Origin: Polymyxa betae A26-41
Taxonomy: Eukaryota > Protista > Endomyxa: Phytomyxea
Assembly (NCBI GenBank): GCA_003693705.1
Contig: RBZT01000751.1
Location: 62,001-126,000 of the forward strand
DNA length: 64,000 bases
Direction of reading: 5' to 3'
Part shown: one piece after another, positions 49,165-60,537 of the stretch
Numbering within the stretch: position 1 is the first letter of the stretch
How the letters are laid out: each line of letters starts with the position of its first letter
Notes under the pieces: model-generated
Seen by the model: the letters and a program-made list of their open reading frames with translations, nothing else
What the model was told of the DNA's origin: nothing
Databases searched by the model: none
Translations under genes and position numbers: made by a program

Positions 49165-49727
49165 ATGGGTGACGGCGACGATGAAGCGGCAGGCAAGATT
49201 CATTTATTTGACAGGAACCTGTTTCGAATTTTTATTACCAAGCTATGATGCCAGTGGTCTATATCGGGATGGCATCGGATCTGATCCATGAGGGTCATAT
49301 CAATATTATCAAAGTCGGACGCAGCCTTGGTTCTGTCTGCGTTGGCCTTCTAACCGATGAAGCCATTCGAACATATAAACGCCAGCCGATTCTGACATTC
49401 GAATCGAGAAAGGCCGTCATCGAGAATATCGTGGGAGTCGACCGTGTCATTCCTCAGTTCGAACACGATTATCGGCCGAACCTGGAACTGATTCGACCGG
49501 ATTATGTTGTGCATGGTGACGATTGGAAGACAGGGCCGCAGTCGCAGGTTCGGCAGCAGGTTATTGAGAAGCTGAATGAATGGGGAGGGCAGCTGATCGA
49601 ACCGACATATACAACTGGAATTTCCACAACTGAAATTATCGAACGCTGCAGCGATAGATACAACAAGGAGCGCTGCAGCATGCTCGATTCACCATCTCAT
49701 TTCATAGTAAAGCCAATCACCGATTAA
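49165..49727 (+). CDS. HIGH-class cytidylyltransferase similar to the N-terminal domain of bacterial cytidylyltransferase-PEP mutase fusions; probable short 5' exon joined by a GC-AG intron (49193-49242)
   Basis: VYIGMASDLIHEGHINII, VGLLTDEAIRTYKR, PDYVVHGDDWKTGPQ, WGGQLIEPTYTTGISTT. Confidence 0.85.
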
Positions 49728-50068
49728 CCTTACTAAACATATAAGCCCTTAAAAGCATGGAAAACGAAGTTTTTATAACCGAATTCAAGCCCAAAGCACT
49801 TCAGATTCATTTTAAGAAGTTTTCCCTCCCAATTAGTACGAAACTCGGCTTGTCAAATCCCAAGCAAAATATCTAGGTATTTCAATGAAGACCGTGACGG
49901 CAATGCGACCAAGTCGAAGTTAAGCGATGGAAAGCTATCTGACAATCGATTTGGGTCTCTCCTGTGCCATTTGGCACTTCATGCTCATGGAGAAAAGTCT
50001 GAAAAGCAAAGTCCGTGGCGGACCACCGATTTGGGCCTTTCTATTAATTTCTGGTCGTCGCTTGGAAA

Positions 50069-50968
50069 ATGTCGCTCGAACGACAGACCTTGCAGCTGGC
50101 CAGCAACGACCCACACAGCCAGTATGAAGTCGAGTCCATCGTCATCATGTCCATACTGGACCACTACAAGCGTCGGCCGCTGAAACAGGAGCACGTCATT
50201 GGGGCTCTGCTCGGCGCCCGAATCAGCGAGACGGCCGTCTCCATCAACAACTGCTTTCCGGTGCCGCACAACGAGCGCGACGATCATGTCGTCGCTGTTG
50301 ATACCGAATATTTCAACCAGATGCTGGAGCTGTATTCGCGAGTATCGCCCAACTTATCTGTCGTCGGTTGGTACACAACAAGCGGCAGTTCAGCATTATC
50401 GCCCACCACCGTCGCTATTGCAAACACGTTCCAGACGCTGACGGCCGGGTCGCCGTTCGAGCCCGTCATCCTATCTGTGGATACAACGCTGGAGTCGTCC
50501 AAGCTGTCGATTAAAGCCTTCAGAATGGAGACGATCCTGTCACCGAGCGACTCGACATCTCCTGTCGTCGCTGTGTTTAACGAAGTCGGCCTGTCGTTGC
50601 TCACGACGGACGAAGACAAGATCGGCATAGACGCTCTGATTCAATCGCAACCGGACGACGACACGTTCGATTCCCCGGCTACGCTTTTGTCGCCGCGAAG
50701 AGGATTGATTATGTCGCTGGAGAACCTACATGGCATGCTGGTTGATGTTTGTGAATATGTAGATCGTGTCGTTGCTGGCGAAGAGAGCTCCGATAACGAG
50801 ATTGGGCACATCTTGGCGCAGACTTTCGGTCAGATGCCCGTTTTCGAAGGATCGTTCTTCGATCGCGCTTTCAACGATATGGTCAGCGATCTGTTGTCTA
50901 TTAATTACCTTACAAGCTTGACCCGGGCGCAACTCGCTATTGCCGATAAAGTTAATCTCGTTGCCTGA
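50069..50968 (+). CDS. EIF3F: eIF3 subunit f (non-catalytic MPN domain), intronless
   Basis: SILDHYKRR..VIGALLG, NCFPVPHNE, VVGWYTT, DLLSINYLTSLTRAQLAIA. Confidence 0.88.
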   Translation: MSLERQTLQLASNDPHSQYEVESIVIMSILDHYKRRPLKQEHVIGALLGARISETAVSINNCFPVPHNERDDHVVAVDTEYFNQMLELYSRVSPNLSVVGWYTTSGSSALSPTTVAIANTFQTLTAGSPFEPVILSVDTTLESSKLSIKAFRMETILSPSDSTSPVVAVFNEVGLSLLTTDEDKIGIDALIQSQPDDDTFDSPATLLSPRRGLIMSLENLHGMLVDVCEYVDRVVAGEESSDNEIGHILAQTFGQMPVFEGSFFDRAFNDMVSDLLSINYLTSLTRAQLAIADKVNLVA

Positions 50969-51021
50969 TTTATATAAAACAGTGTCTCAAGTATCACTAT
51001 TTTCTGATGGCGGTTTGTCAC

Positions 51022-52021
51022 CTATTGATTCCACAAAATTTCACTTGTCGTTTCATTCCGATTTAAGCCCGGGACTTTCCGATTCAGGAGCTTCAATTGA
51101 ATACCGAACTTGATCTCGCATTTGCCGAGCGGCTCCAAACGTATGGTGGCCAGAGACGACGCGATTTCAGCCAAGCTGCCTGCCGCCTTCAATCGAATAC
51201 CGTCACCTGGAATCGACTCTGCTGGCTGCTGACATGGCTCGTGATGGACGAACGAGATCGGCACGCTGGATTCCAGTGCAATTCGGATCTCGGTCTCGTC
51301 AACATGTTGTCGAAGGGCTTCGTAATATCTGCAATTCCAAATAAGCGCTTTGAAATGTAGGCACCAAATCATTGTTGCCTTTCTTTCAGGTCGAGATACA
51401 TTTTACGCCAAACCCTGTCTGCACATCAGCTAATCGAGAAAAAACCTGACATTCGGTGCCTACGGGAAGGTTTCCAGTTCGCCTTCTCGACGAGCGATTC
51501 TCGCTTGGTAAGTTTCACGTTCTGTCTGTACTGCTGTTGTGACGTATTGCAATTGCTCGATCATACGTTCAAGACGCTGAAGGCAAAGTTCCTGTTGCTC
51601 CTCCTCGTCTTTCATCTTGTCGAGTAAGTCCCCCATTTCTTGGAATGCAACGTCTGCTGTTATTTCAATGCTCATGTTGAAATGCTCAAGCTACAGGTCA
51701 AACCTAGATCGGGAATTGGTTTCAGTTGTAGGTTTCGATCGTCACCATCATTGTTGTGGAAAGGAACATCGTCGTTAGTGACCGTTTCATGCTTGTTCAA
51801 CAAGGTGTTGGTCTCTGCTATTAGACCGGCAGCTGAATCATGCTCCCAGTCGAAAATGTTCGCTCTCATAGACGATAATGTTTTCTCTACATTCACTTGG
51901 AAATCCTCTGCAGCTTCTTTCCTGTCAATTCAATTTTGAGAATCGCTCTAGAATCAGTTAAGTGCTCCTACCAAGACAAAGCCGTCATATTCTCCAATGT
52001 TGCAGTTCGTGATGCATCCAT
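51022..52021 (-). CDS. hypothetical coiled-coil protein, multi-exon; 3' structure uncertain
   Basis: exon chain MDASRTATLENM...KEAAEDFQVNV...EMGDLLDKMKDEEEQQELCLQRLERM; linkage to the 51022-51330 segment not established. Confidence 0.4.
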
Positions 52022-52156
52022 GTAAAGGTACTGGAAAAAGATCACTACGTACTTCATATTGTCTCTTGAACAGGATAAAATCAGGCGAACTTCCGTTGCA
52101 AATCTTTCTCCTATTTCGCGTGCTTCGGATGAGATTTTTCTTGCTCGTCAACAATC

Positions 52157-53545
52157 ATGGGCACCGAAGGACGCCCATCTCTATTCGTGGCTCAGGTCCT
52201 CTTTGATTATGATGCTCAAGCATCGGAAGAAATCACATTGAAGGAAGGCCAGTTCTGTCACGTCCTTGAAACCAACGATGCCGGCTGGTGGCTGGTTCGC
52301 GAAGCCAACTCTGGCACCGAATTCCGATCCGGATGGGCTCCATCGAATTTCCTTCGACGACTAGAAGCCGACGAGATCGGATTGGCTGTTGGTCTGCAAG
52401 CCATCAGTCCAGTTCATAAGACGACTGATAGAAAGCCATCAGTGAAGAGGAACTGTAACAAATGCAAAGAGTCAATTACGGGAAGTTTTGCCCTAGCTGA
52501 AGGACAAAGCTATCATCTACCTTGCTTCACATGTTCAGTATGCAGCACGGGTCTGGCTGGCAACCAATATTTCATGAAGGATGGCAAACCATACTGCGAT
52601 AAGGATTATTTCCAGCGGTTCGGGCATATATGTGCAGCTTGCTCGAAGACGATTTATGGTTCTGTCGTAAGCGCTCTTGATAAGCATTGGCATCCGGAGC
52701 ATTTCGCTTGTGCAGCTTGTAAGAACTCGATCGCTGGAACCGAGTTCTTTGTTGGTTCTGATGGGAAGCTATACTGTGCAAACGACTATCGTTCCATGTT
52801 TGGAATTCGATGCGCTAGCTGTCAATATTTCATCGACGGTTCCGCTTTCGAAGTGCAAGGAGTGTCTTATCATGTCGCATGTTTCAAGTGCTGTATAGAC
52901 CAGGCCCCAATTTCGGAAAGCGACGCTTTCCATATTCAAAATGGGGAAATCTATTGTCGCACACATTTTCAGGAAAAGTTTCTGAGTCGTTGCGAAGCCT
53001 GCAGGCAGCATGTCACTGATCAATACGTTCAAATACTGGGAAACTCCTATCATATCAACTGCTTCAGATGCAAGAAATGCGACATTATTCTATCCAGTGA
53101 TCGATTTCAGGTTTTAGACGACAAATTCCTGTGTGGAACATGCGCCCAGGTCAATCGATCGAAAAAAGCCAGGGAAAACGAGATTAAGGAGCGTTTGGCT
53201 CCAGTAAATATTGAGACGACATTTAAGCCGCAAAACGAGCTGCTACAGAAAGGAGCTAATCAAACGCTGAGGAAACTTGAGGACAATACAATGACAAAAA
53301 CTGAAGAGAATCATCAGCAGCCTAACTTCGAACTTCAGAAAGACAAAGATGGGCAAATTAGAATGAAGGCTGCAGATCTAGTCGGTAAAGATCGAGCTCT
53401 TCCGGACGAGATTGATCGTCACCATAAGGAAAATTATCTGTATGACGAAGAATTTCACGAGCTTTTTGGTATGGGTCGGGAGCACTTCGCAGCGCTGCGT
53501 CCATGGAAGCAGCAGCAAATTAAACAGCAGCTGGGCTTATTTTAA
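52157..53545 (+). CDS. SH3 + four LIM domains + villin headpiece protein (abLIM-like), intronless
   Basis: SH3 (VLFDYDA..EITL..GWW..GWAPSNF), four LIM zinc-binding units, headpiece ENYLYDEEFHELFGM..FAALRPWKQQQIKQQLGLF. Confidence 0.92.
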   Translation: MGTEGRPSLFVAQVLFDYDAQASEEITLKEGQFCHVLETNDAGWWLVREANSGTEFRSGWAPSNFLRRLEADEIGLAVGLQAISPVHKTTDRKPSVKRNCNKCKESITGSFALAEGQSYHLPCFTCSVCSTGLAGNQYFMKDGKPYCDKDYFQRFGHICAACSKTIYGSVVSALDKHWHPEHFACAACKNSIAGTEFFVGSDGKLYCANDYRSMFGIRCASCQYFIDGSAFEVQGVSYHVACFKCCIDQAPISESDAFHIQNGEIYCRTHFQEKFLSRCEACRQHVTDQYVQILGNSYHINCFRCKKCDIILSSDRFQVLDDKFLCGTCAQVNRSKKARENEIKERLAPVNIETTFKPQNELLQKGANQTLRKLEDNTMTKTEENHQQPNFELQKDKDGQIRMKAADLVGKDRALPDEIDRHHKENYLYDEEFHELFGMGREHFAALRPWKQQQIKQQLGLF

Positions 53546-53741
53546 TACAATTGAAAGCCTCCCATTGAATTCTAGAGTGGTCTCTTGGCTGTAACCTGTT
53601 TGTACTTCGTTGGCTGTCTTGCCACAAGCCACAACAGCCCAATTTGAGGGAGTAGCGCAGCCCTCCGTCTGTCATAGATTGACCGCTTTATGACGTAACA
53701 TTATATCGGAGGATTGAAGCAGTTGTCATTTCGATAGCAGA

Positions 53742-55181
53742 ATGATCGCTGGCGCTAATAGTCCTTCGAACTCGAATTCGGAGGACTTTAGTGCCAAGGC
53801 CAAAGAGAGCTTCAACAAATGGTTTCATGAGACTCCGGCTATCACCAGGTCAATTATGTTTGTGGCCTTAGCTGGTATGCAATGCACCTGTTTGTTGGAC
53901 TCTTGCGAACCGAAGTTGTGTCAGGAGTGATTCTGGGTCTTTTCGGCCTGGAGGAATTTCTGGGAGATAATTCAGCGTTGAACACTGTGTTTCGGGTTCA
54001 AAGTAAACCATGCTGTTGCTGTCAAAATTCTCAGTCATCTCAGTACTGCATAGTTTGGCGCCCATTCACGGCTGGATTTATTGGTAGCAGTATAATCAGT
54101 GATGTATTTTCCATCTTCGCTATTTATCAGGTCAGAGATGTTCAGGTTTATGCGAGGCCAATGATATATTTCTGTAGGTCTGCAATATCTTAGAACTCAA
54201 GAAAGGGTCGACCTTTCTTCTGTTGACAGCCGTTGGAAGCACTGTATTTATTCAGTTTGTAACGGTCGTCTTGCTAACCTTGGTCGGGATCGCCCTGTTC
54301 CCAACATTACTATTCATTAGCGGGGGCGGGTTTTGGCCGTTGGCCTTCGTGCTTATATCGTTGGAAAGCAAAACCAGCACAAGTCAATCTAGACAGTAAC
54401 TAATTCTTCACTTCGCATTTCGTATTTTTAGTAATTGTTCACTTCACAGATTAATGTGTCTTCCTATTGAGGTTCCCACAAAATATTACCCTGCGATATT
54501 AGCCGTTAGAACATTCTTTTGGGCATGGCATATTTGCTTACTACTCGAGTCAGGCTTTATTCTTCTTACTATCTGGTCTCAGAGCTGTAGATATATTAGT
54601 CGGGCTTGGTTTAGGATACCTTTGTAAGATCCAGTAATGACATGCTTGCTGAATTAAATTAGCTGAAATCCAGCTTAGTAGGAGCGTTTACACAACTGCA
54701 GTTCAGTACAGGGCTTTGCCAACTTGTGGAATCCAAATCCTCAATGAAATCTATTACTGACCTTTCTGGATACATCGCCGTCGATCGCATCGGATTCTTG
54801 GTACAACCTGGTGAAAAGATGCAAGAAATGTTCGTTTTGTCGGCTTATTCTTTTCTCGTTGAATAATATTTCCAATTAGGAGACATATTGGTTCAGTGCT
54901 TAATGCTCCTTCACAGTCCAAACCAGCTCGTTTCAAGCCATTCTCCGGTGTTGGCCATAAGCTCGGCTCGGCATCAGATCCTGGTCAGAGAGAAGGAGAA
55001 GACATTCGAACACTTCGCGGCCACCCGCTGGTAGACAGGTACGCGATGCCAAGGTACCATTGTTTCTGAGTGAATTCCAAGAAGTTTACTATGTTCTTCT
55101 AGTGCAATTGAGGTGCCGATGAACGTCAGCAACGATCGCAATACCTCTGATGATAAACAGCTTGACCATTACCTTGTGTAG
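53742..55181 (+). CDS. Derlin/rhomboid-like membrane protein with an SHP box, multi-exon
   Basis: WFHETPAITR start, WRPFTA, IEVPTKYYP, several TM segments, FSGVGHKLG p97-binding SHP-type motif. Confidence 0.7.
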
Positions 55182-55396
55182 TGTAAACCTTCATTGTTAT
55201 TCTATCGGGAATTATTAAACTGCTTCAATTATACAACAGATAGAATATTCTTGTATTCGTGGCAGCCATGTTTCGTGATTTGTTGCATAATGAGATGCCG
55301 ATCCTATGCGCTGCGGAGTTTCATCATAAGAGTGACCAGAAGCTCGGTCGCTTGATCACGTCTGCGTCCTCGTCCTAGACGTTCGGTTCTTCAGCC

Positions 55397-57808
55397 ATGG
55401 TAGCACTGTGGCTCTGGCCGATGCCCTTACTGACTCGTATCAGATTCATCCGGATCGCTTAAAGATGATGGGTCGCCCTGACCAACCCGCGGTTCCATCA
55501 CAACTGTCGCGAGAAGGCGGCGAGCCTGCTCCTTTGCAACAGCTGCAATCCTTTCCAGATCCTAAATCTCAAGTAGTCTTTTGTAAACCCTTTAAGGTTT
55601 TATTTTACTAACGCTGCGATAGGCCGGTTTTGGATTCCCAGGGGCAATTCAGCAATTTCCTGCAGGAGGCGTCCCGTATGGTTATGGCATGCCTGCACCA
55701 TACGGTAGCATGCAGCCGGTGCCGTATGTCGACCAAAATGTTATGGCCCAACCCCAGTACCCACCACCTGTCCTCCAGCAACCGCATCAGAATTTCAATG
55801 CACCATGGGCCGGGTCGCAGGGCAATCAGCCTGCTCCAGCTGCAGACCAGCAATCGCAGCCATCGGATCCCAAAGCACCCAAGGTAGTTCCTCATACTGT
55901 GCTCTAGCTCAAATTGGACAAATTGTGATAGATAATCGGTGATTGGCAGCAGTTCGAAACTCCCGAAGGCAAGCCCTATTATTATAACGCGAAGACCCAG
56001 GTAATCTTTTAAGATAAGATGAAGATTTATGCTTTAAGTAATTTTTGCAGGAGACTACTTGGAACGTCCCTCCAGAATTCGCCAATGCGGCAAAAGAGTC
56101 CCAGCGAGACTCTGAATGGCAAACTTTCCACACTCCGGAAGGCAAGCCGTATTATTATAACGCACGTCTGAATCAAACAGTTTGGGAAAAACCGGTCCAA
56201 GAGAAAGAACCTGAATTGAAAGAGGAGGAGGAAAAGGTCCCGGAGATCGAACCAAAGAAGGAGGAAAATGTGGTTATCGATCCTCTTCTCTTAAAGCCTT
56301 ATCAGCCATGGGCTACGAAAGAATATGCCACTCGTGAGGATGCCGTTGCTGCTTTTCAATCGTTATTGTCTTCTTCGGGGGTACCCTCCACTGCTACTTG
56401 GGAACAGGCATTACCGAAAATCGTTCACGACAAACGCTATCGTGCGCTGACTAAGCTGAACGAACGTAAGGAGGCGTTCAAGGAATGGTGCCTTAAACAT
56501 GCCGAGTTTGAACGCGCTGAGGCAAAACGTCTTGCGTCTGAAAAGCGAACGAATTTCGAAACGATGCTTTCTGAATTTAAAGATCGCTTCCATTCTCGCG
56601 TCCGATATGTCGAGGTAGAACCTCTGATACGCTTAGATCCACGGTGAGTTTTTCATTGTTCTCGAGATACGACTTTTGAGTCCATCGACAGATATTTAGC
56701 TATGGAGGCTCGTGACCGTGAAGATGTGTTCTATTCGTACGTTGATCAATTGGTTGAACAAGAGCGAAAGGCGAAAATCGCCCAGCGAAAAGAACGTGAA
56801 GAAGCATTTCGCAATTACTTGAGCTCTTGTGGAAGGCTCACGGCCAAGACTCAATGGAGGACCCTTTTAGACTCGATTCGTGATGAGGAATCGTACAAAG
56901 CGTTGGATCCTGCTGATGCTTTAAAAGTGTTTGAACAAATTATGGTGGAAATCAAACGCGACGAAGACAAACGTCTGCTTGCTGAACGTGAAGCTGCTCG
57001 CGAAGCAGAGCGGCAAAGAAGAGCCGATTTCCGCAGTCTTCTTCTGGAACAGATGAACGCTGGAAAATTACATCTGAGGACACGTTGGCGAACGTTCTGT
57101 GAAATCATTCGTGACGATCCTCGGTTTATTGCACTTTCTGAAGATTCCAAGCACAATGGACAGACTCTGTTTGACGATTTCTGCGACGAGCTGGAAGACC
57201 GTGTTCTGACCAGTCGGAAGAAGTTGAAAGAGTCCATGGTCGCTTGTGGTATCGAATTGATTCGCGATACCGACACTGTACAAGGCCTATCGAAGCAGCT
57301 GGAAGGAGCTGAAGCATTGCAAGGGGTCCCTGATATTCATGTTCAGGTGTTGCTCAATGAGTATATCGACCATGCTCAGAGCAAAGCTGCACACGCTGCT
57401 CGACGGCTCGAGAAATATTCGGGTCTTTTCTCGAAGCTACTATTGAAGAAGGTCCGCAAACCAATGACCTGGGAAGCGGCTGTGCCTTTGCTGGAATCGC
57501 ACTCGGCTTATAAGAAGCTGGAAGAGAGTGTTCGTGACGAAATGTTCAAGAAGCATGTGAGCTCGCTGAAAGAAAACGGCGCCATCGAAGAGGATAATAT
57601 TGACGATACTGATGGCGAGATCGAAGAAGAGCCACCCAAGAAGAAACGAAGTCCATCATTTGATTTTCGTCGTAAAAGATCGCGGTCGCCTCGGCGCCGT
57701 CGGTCGCATTCGCCTCGGGCGAGTCCTGGACGACGAAAACGCTCGCGGTCTGTTTCGACTGGGCGAAGGCGGCCACGGGATCGCTCCCCGCGCCGCCGTC
57801 GGCGTTAA
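55397..57808 (+). CDS. PRP40: pre-mRNA splicing factor PRP40; start uncertain
   Basis: two WW domains (TPEGKPYYYN..TTW/TVWEKP), multiple FF domains, RS-rich C-terminus. Confidence 0.93.
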
Positions 57809-58550
57809 TCTTCTATCGACGTCCTGTAGTATCTTTATGGACATAATAAACACAGTATAATAATTCCATTCTATTCACTTTAGTATTCGTAATCGGAATA
57901 CCAATAACAATCCCTTCTTTGTTCACCACGACCATAAACTTTACCTTTGCCTTATTAGATTAGAATTTGTTCTCAGCATAAGATTGTGTCGTCATAAACG
58001 GCTGATACTAACCAGCGTCGTCGTGAATGCTGTCAACGATTGAACAAATACTGTGCCAGGGAATCAATCTGTCTACCATTATGTGAAACGGTGAGGAGAA
58101 TCCTCAACACAGAGACCAAAAGTGCAAGACTGAGAAAGAGCATCACCGAGTTATGATTGTCTGAGCATTTGATCAGAACTCAAGTCACCCTGTGTTTAGT
58201 GGCGTCGTCTGAATGACGTCCGTAACGCTGGCTTTTAAGTTTATCAGCCACCGCTTCACCGAGTCACTTCTGATAGGATACAAACGACAAACACTCGAAA
58301 TTATTGTTAGGCAAGTCGATTCCTAGATCATCATTATAGGAGTTCTCCATTTGTATTCTGAGTTCCAAGCATACATTCGGAATTGTGGCAATAAACGCCA
58401 TTGCTCAACGTGCTCGCTTATACGAGCTATCGATTATTCTCTCGAAACCAACATGCAGCAAACGTTCGGGGTCGAATACGAAATGTTTTTGCAGAAGCAA
58501 GATCGTCGATGTGCTGCCTGCCCTGATCGGCAATCCGGCCGCTACGTTCT

Positions 58551-58575
58551 GGATTGGATTGGATTGGATTGGATT
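58551..58575. repeat. (GGATT)5 microsatellite
   Basis: five perfect copies. Confidence 0.9.
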
Positions 58576-59462
58576 ATTCTAGTTCGTTGATTTTGGTCAA
58601 CAGGCGGCGCTGTATCCAAAACGCAAGGCTGATAGTACTCAGGCGTCTGGCCGCTACGTTCTGCCTTTGCTATCTAATTCCAAGAGCCGAATTGTCAGCA
58701 AAGTGATAAAGCCTGATTTAGCACAACAAAAGAGAAGCACTTTGCTGGTTTTATTGCGTTAAGTTTGCCTGTTCGAACCCTGGAGTTTGACGAACACTTT
58801 CGTAGATAACAACCACAGCTCGATGAAAACCATTTGCATTCGCGAATTATCTGCTCGAGATTACAGCATCTAGAAAACGCATTCTCCCTGAAATCCTTGA
58901 TAATGAAGCGACAGTGCCAGCCATGGTGGTTCTTGAAAAACTTTTGAAAAGATCTCGCTCTGAGATAGCTTTGATTCCACTGAAGTTTGTATTGTTGAAT
59001 TTGTTGGCGTTATCTGTTTCCATCAGAAAATTCAGCTATCAATTTTCTTGTCATCAATGTCGAAACTGAAAACATCGAACGAGATTGTCTGGAACTAATG
59101 ATGGTTAACAGCAGCAATCGGCCTATACCTGCTGAGCTGTCTGAGGAAGCTGTTAAACACATGGATCCACACTTTATAAAAATGTTTTCAGTGACCAGAC
59201 CTCGATGCATCACCATGATAGGGTTTGTTTCCTGCCAAATTCCGCTGTTAGCTGGTGTATTGGTCCAATCTCTAGTTACATGAATGATGAGTCGACTGAC
59301 AAGTGGAATGTTCTCGACAAGAAGGCAGATAGATGCTATCGTTTGCAGAACGATATCGAGATGGATGGCCCAGGAAGGCATAAAGCTCTACATGCTATCA
59401 CATTTCTACGTCGCAAATGGAACTCTGATTTGTTTTAGGTAGAACAAGACATTGCGATCAGT

Positions 59463-59846
59463 TTAATCAGAACAATGTATTAAGTAATGCAAGTAAAAAA
59501 AATTGCAGTTTTTACATGCTACCCACGTTTGACCAAGCTCGTTGGTATACCAGTGAACAAGTTCAAGTTTTTCACAGTAGCCATGGAGTCGGATGAATTC
59601 CGCTTTATTCATTGTCGTTTTAGTTCCATCAGTTTCAATGTAAGTGAAGTAGTTATCATCATCGGGTGGCTGTTGTCCACTTGATCCGCCGCTAGAAGGA
59701 TTCACCATTGCTGGGTCTTGATGAGCGCCAGGGTCACATCCTTGAACATTGGATGGCAGCGATGAATGCATCTGACTGTACGATGGCAGAACGAGTACAG
59801 CAGACAGAAGCATGAGATTGAGATGGATCATAGTCGAGAATTCCAT
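59463..59846 (-). CDS. small secreted Cys/His protein, SNVQG family member 1 (127 aa, intronless)
   Basis: signal-like LNLMLLSAVLVLPSYS, then SSLPSNVQG; C-terminal C..H..CKNC. Confidence 0.75.
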   Translation of the reverse strand: MEFSTMIHLNLMLLSAVLVLPSYSQMHSSLPSNVQGCDPGAHQDPAMVNPSSGGSSGQQPPDDDNYFTYIETDGTKTTMNKAEFIRLHGYCEKLELVHWYTNELGQTWVACKNCNFFYLHYLIHCSD

Positions 59847-60288
59847 GTAACAATCAATGTTGAGATTGTCGTGAGAATATCAGAATGAATTCTGTCCCAT
59901 GCAGATTGGTACATCAGATTACATCCAGAATATTCTCACATCTGTCGGACTATAAATGCCATTCAGTGGGTAATCACATCAATCCACTTGTTAATGGAGA
60001 TCTGCTCAGTGACCAGACCTCTATTTATAGCGATATTGTACGTCGGGCGTGTCTCACGCAATTCTGAGCTCGGCATTCGGCACTCCACCAGTGGAAGGTC
60101 GCTCACAGGAAGAACGTTCTCAGTGACCGAGCTGCTATTTATAACGATGTTGTGAGTCGGGCTATATGAGACATGCTCTAATACAATGGGGTGGAAGATG
60201 CGCCGCGGCATTGTCATGGAACTGAGCACAACGTGTCATTCTGAAATCGTATCAACATTGTTAACATTGTTGTATCAAGTCTCAAAGC
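59847..60288. promoter_or_regulatory. bidirectional promoter of the two SNVQG genes with a duplicated TCAGTGACC + CTATTTATA(G/A) module
   Basis: modules at ~60006-60045 and ~60120-60162; TCATTCTGA...TCAACATTG upstream of both ATGs. Confidence 0.55.
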
Positions 60289-60537
60289 ATGGCCCGTCTT
60301 ACTCTCTTTCTACTTCTCGCTGCCGTAATCGCTCTATCATCATGCTGTCGGGCGACCTCATCGCTTCAATCCAATGTTCAAGGCTATCAGGAAGGCGCAG
60401 CAACGATGCAATCTGAAGATGGAGAGGGTGACTGCCCGAATGGTGGTAGCCACACCTGGCATTACGATTCCGACGATCATATCAACTACCGTACTTGCAT
60501 AAGCTGCGGAAAAGCTGACGATGTGTTTTACGTTTAA
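60289..60537 (+). CDS. small secreted Cys/His protein, SNVQG family member 2 (82 aa, intronless)
   Basis: signal peptide MARLTLFLLLAAVIALSSCCRA, then SSLQSNVQG; C..H..CISC; AATAAA shortly after the stop. Confidence 0.8.
   Translation: MARLTLFLLLAAVIALSSCCRATSSLQSNVQGYQEGAATMQSEDGEGDCPNGGSHTWHYDSDDHINYRTCISCGKADDVFYV

Noticed and set aside
46857-49727. Uridine kinase + SDR + cytidylyltransferase as a metabolic gene cluster
   Set aside because: No coherent pathway; the kinase and SDR are ordinary intron-rich genes, and no PEP mutase or other phosphonate gene is in the window
49245-49727. Bacterial contamination or chimeric assembly
   Set aside because: Flanked closely by eukaryotic genes, similar composition, and a plausible spliced 5' exon
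58551-58575. (GGATT)5 as an interstitial telomere
   Set aside because: Only five copies and not a recognised telomeric unit; treated as a microsatellite
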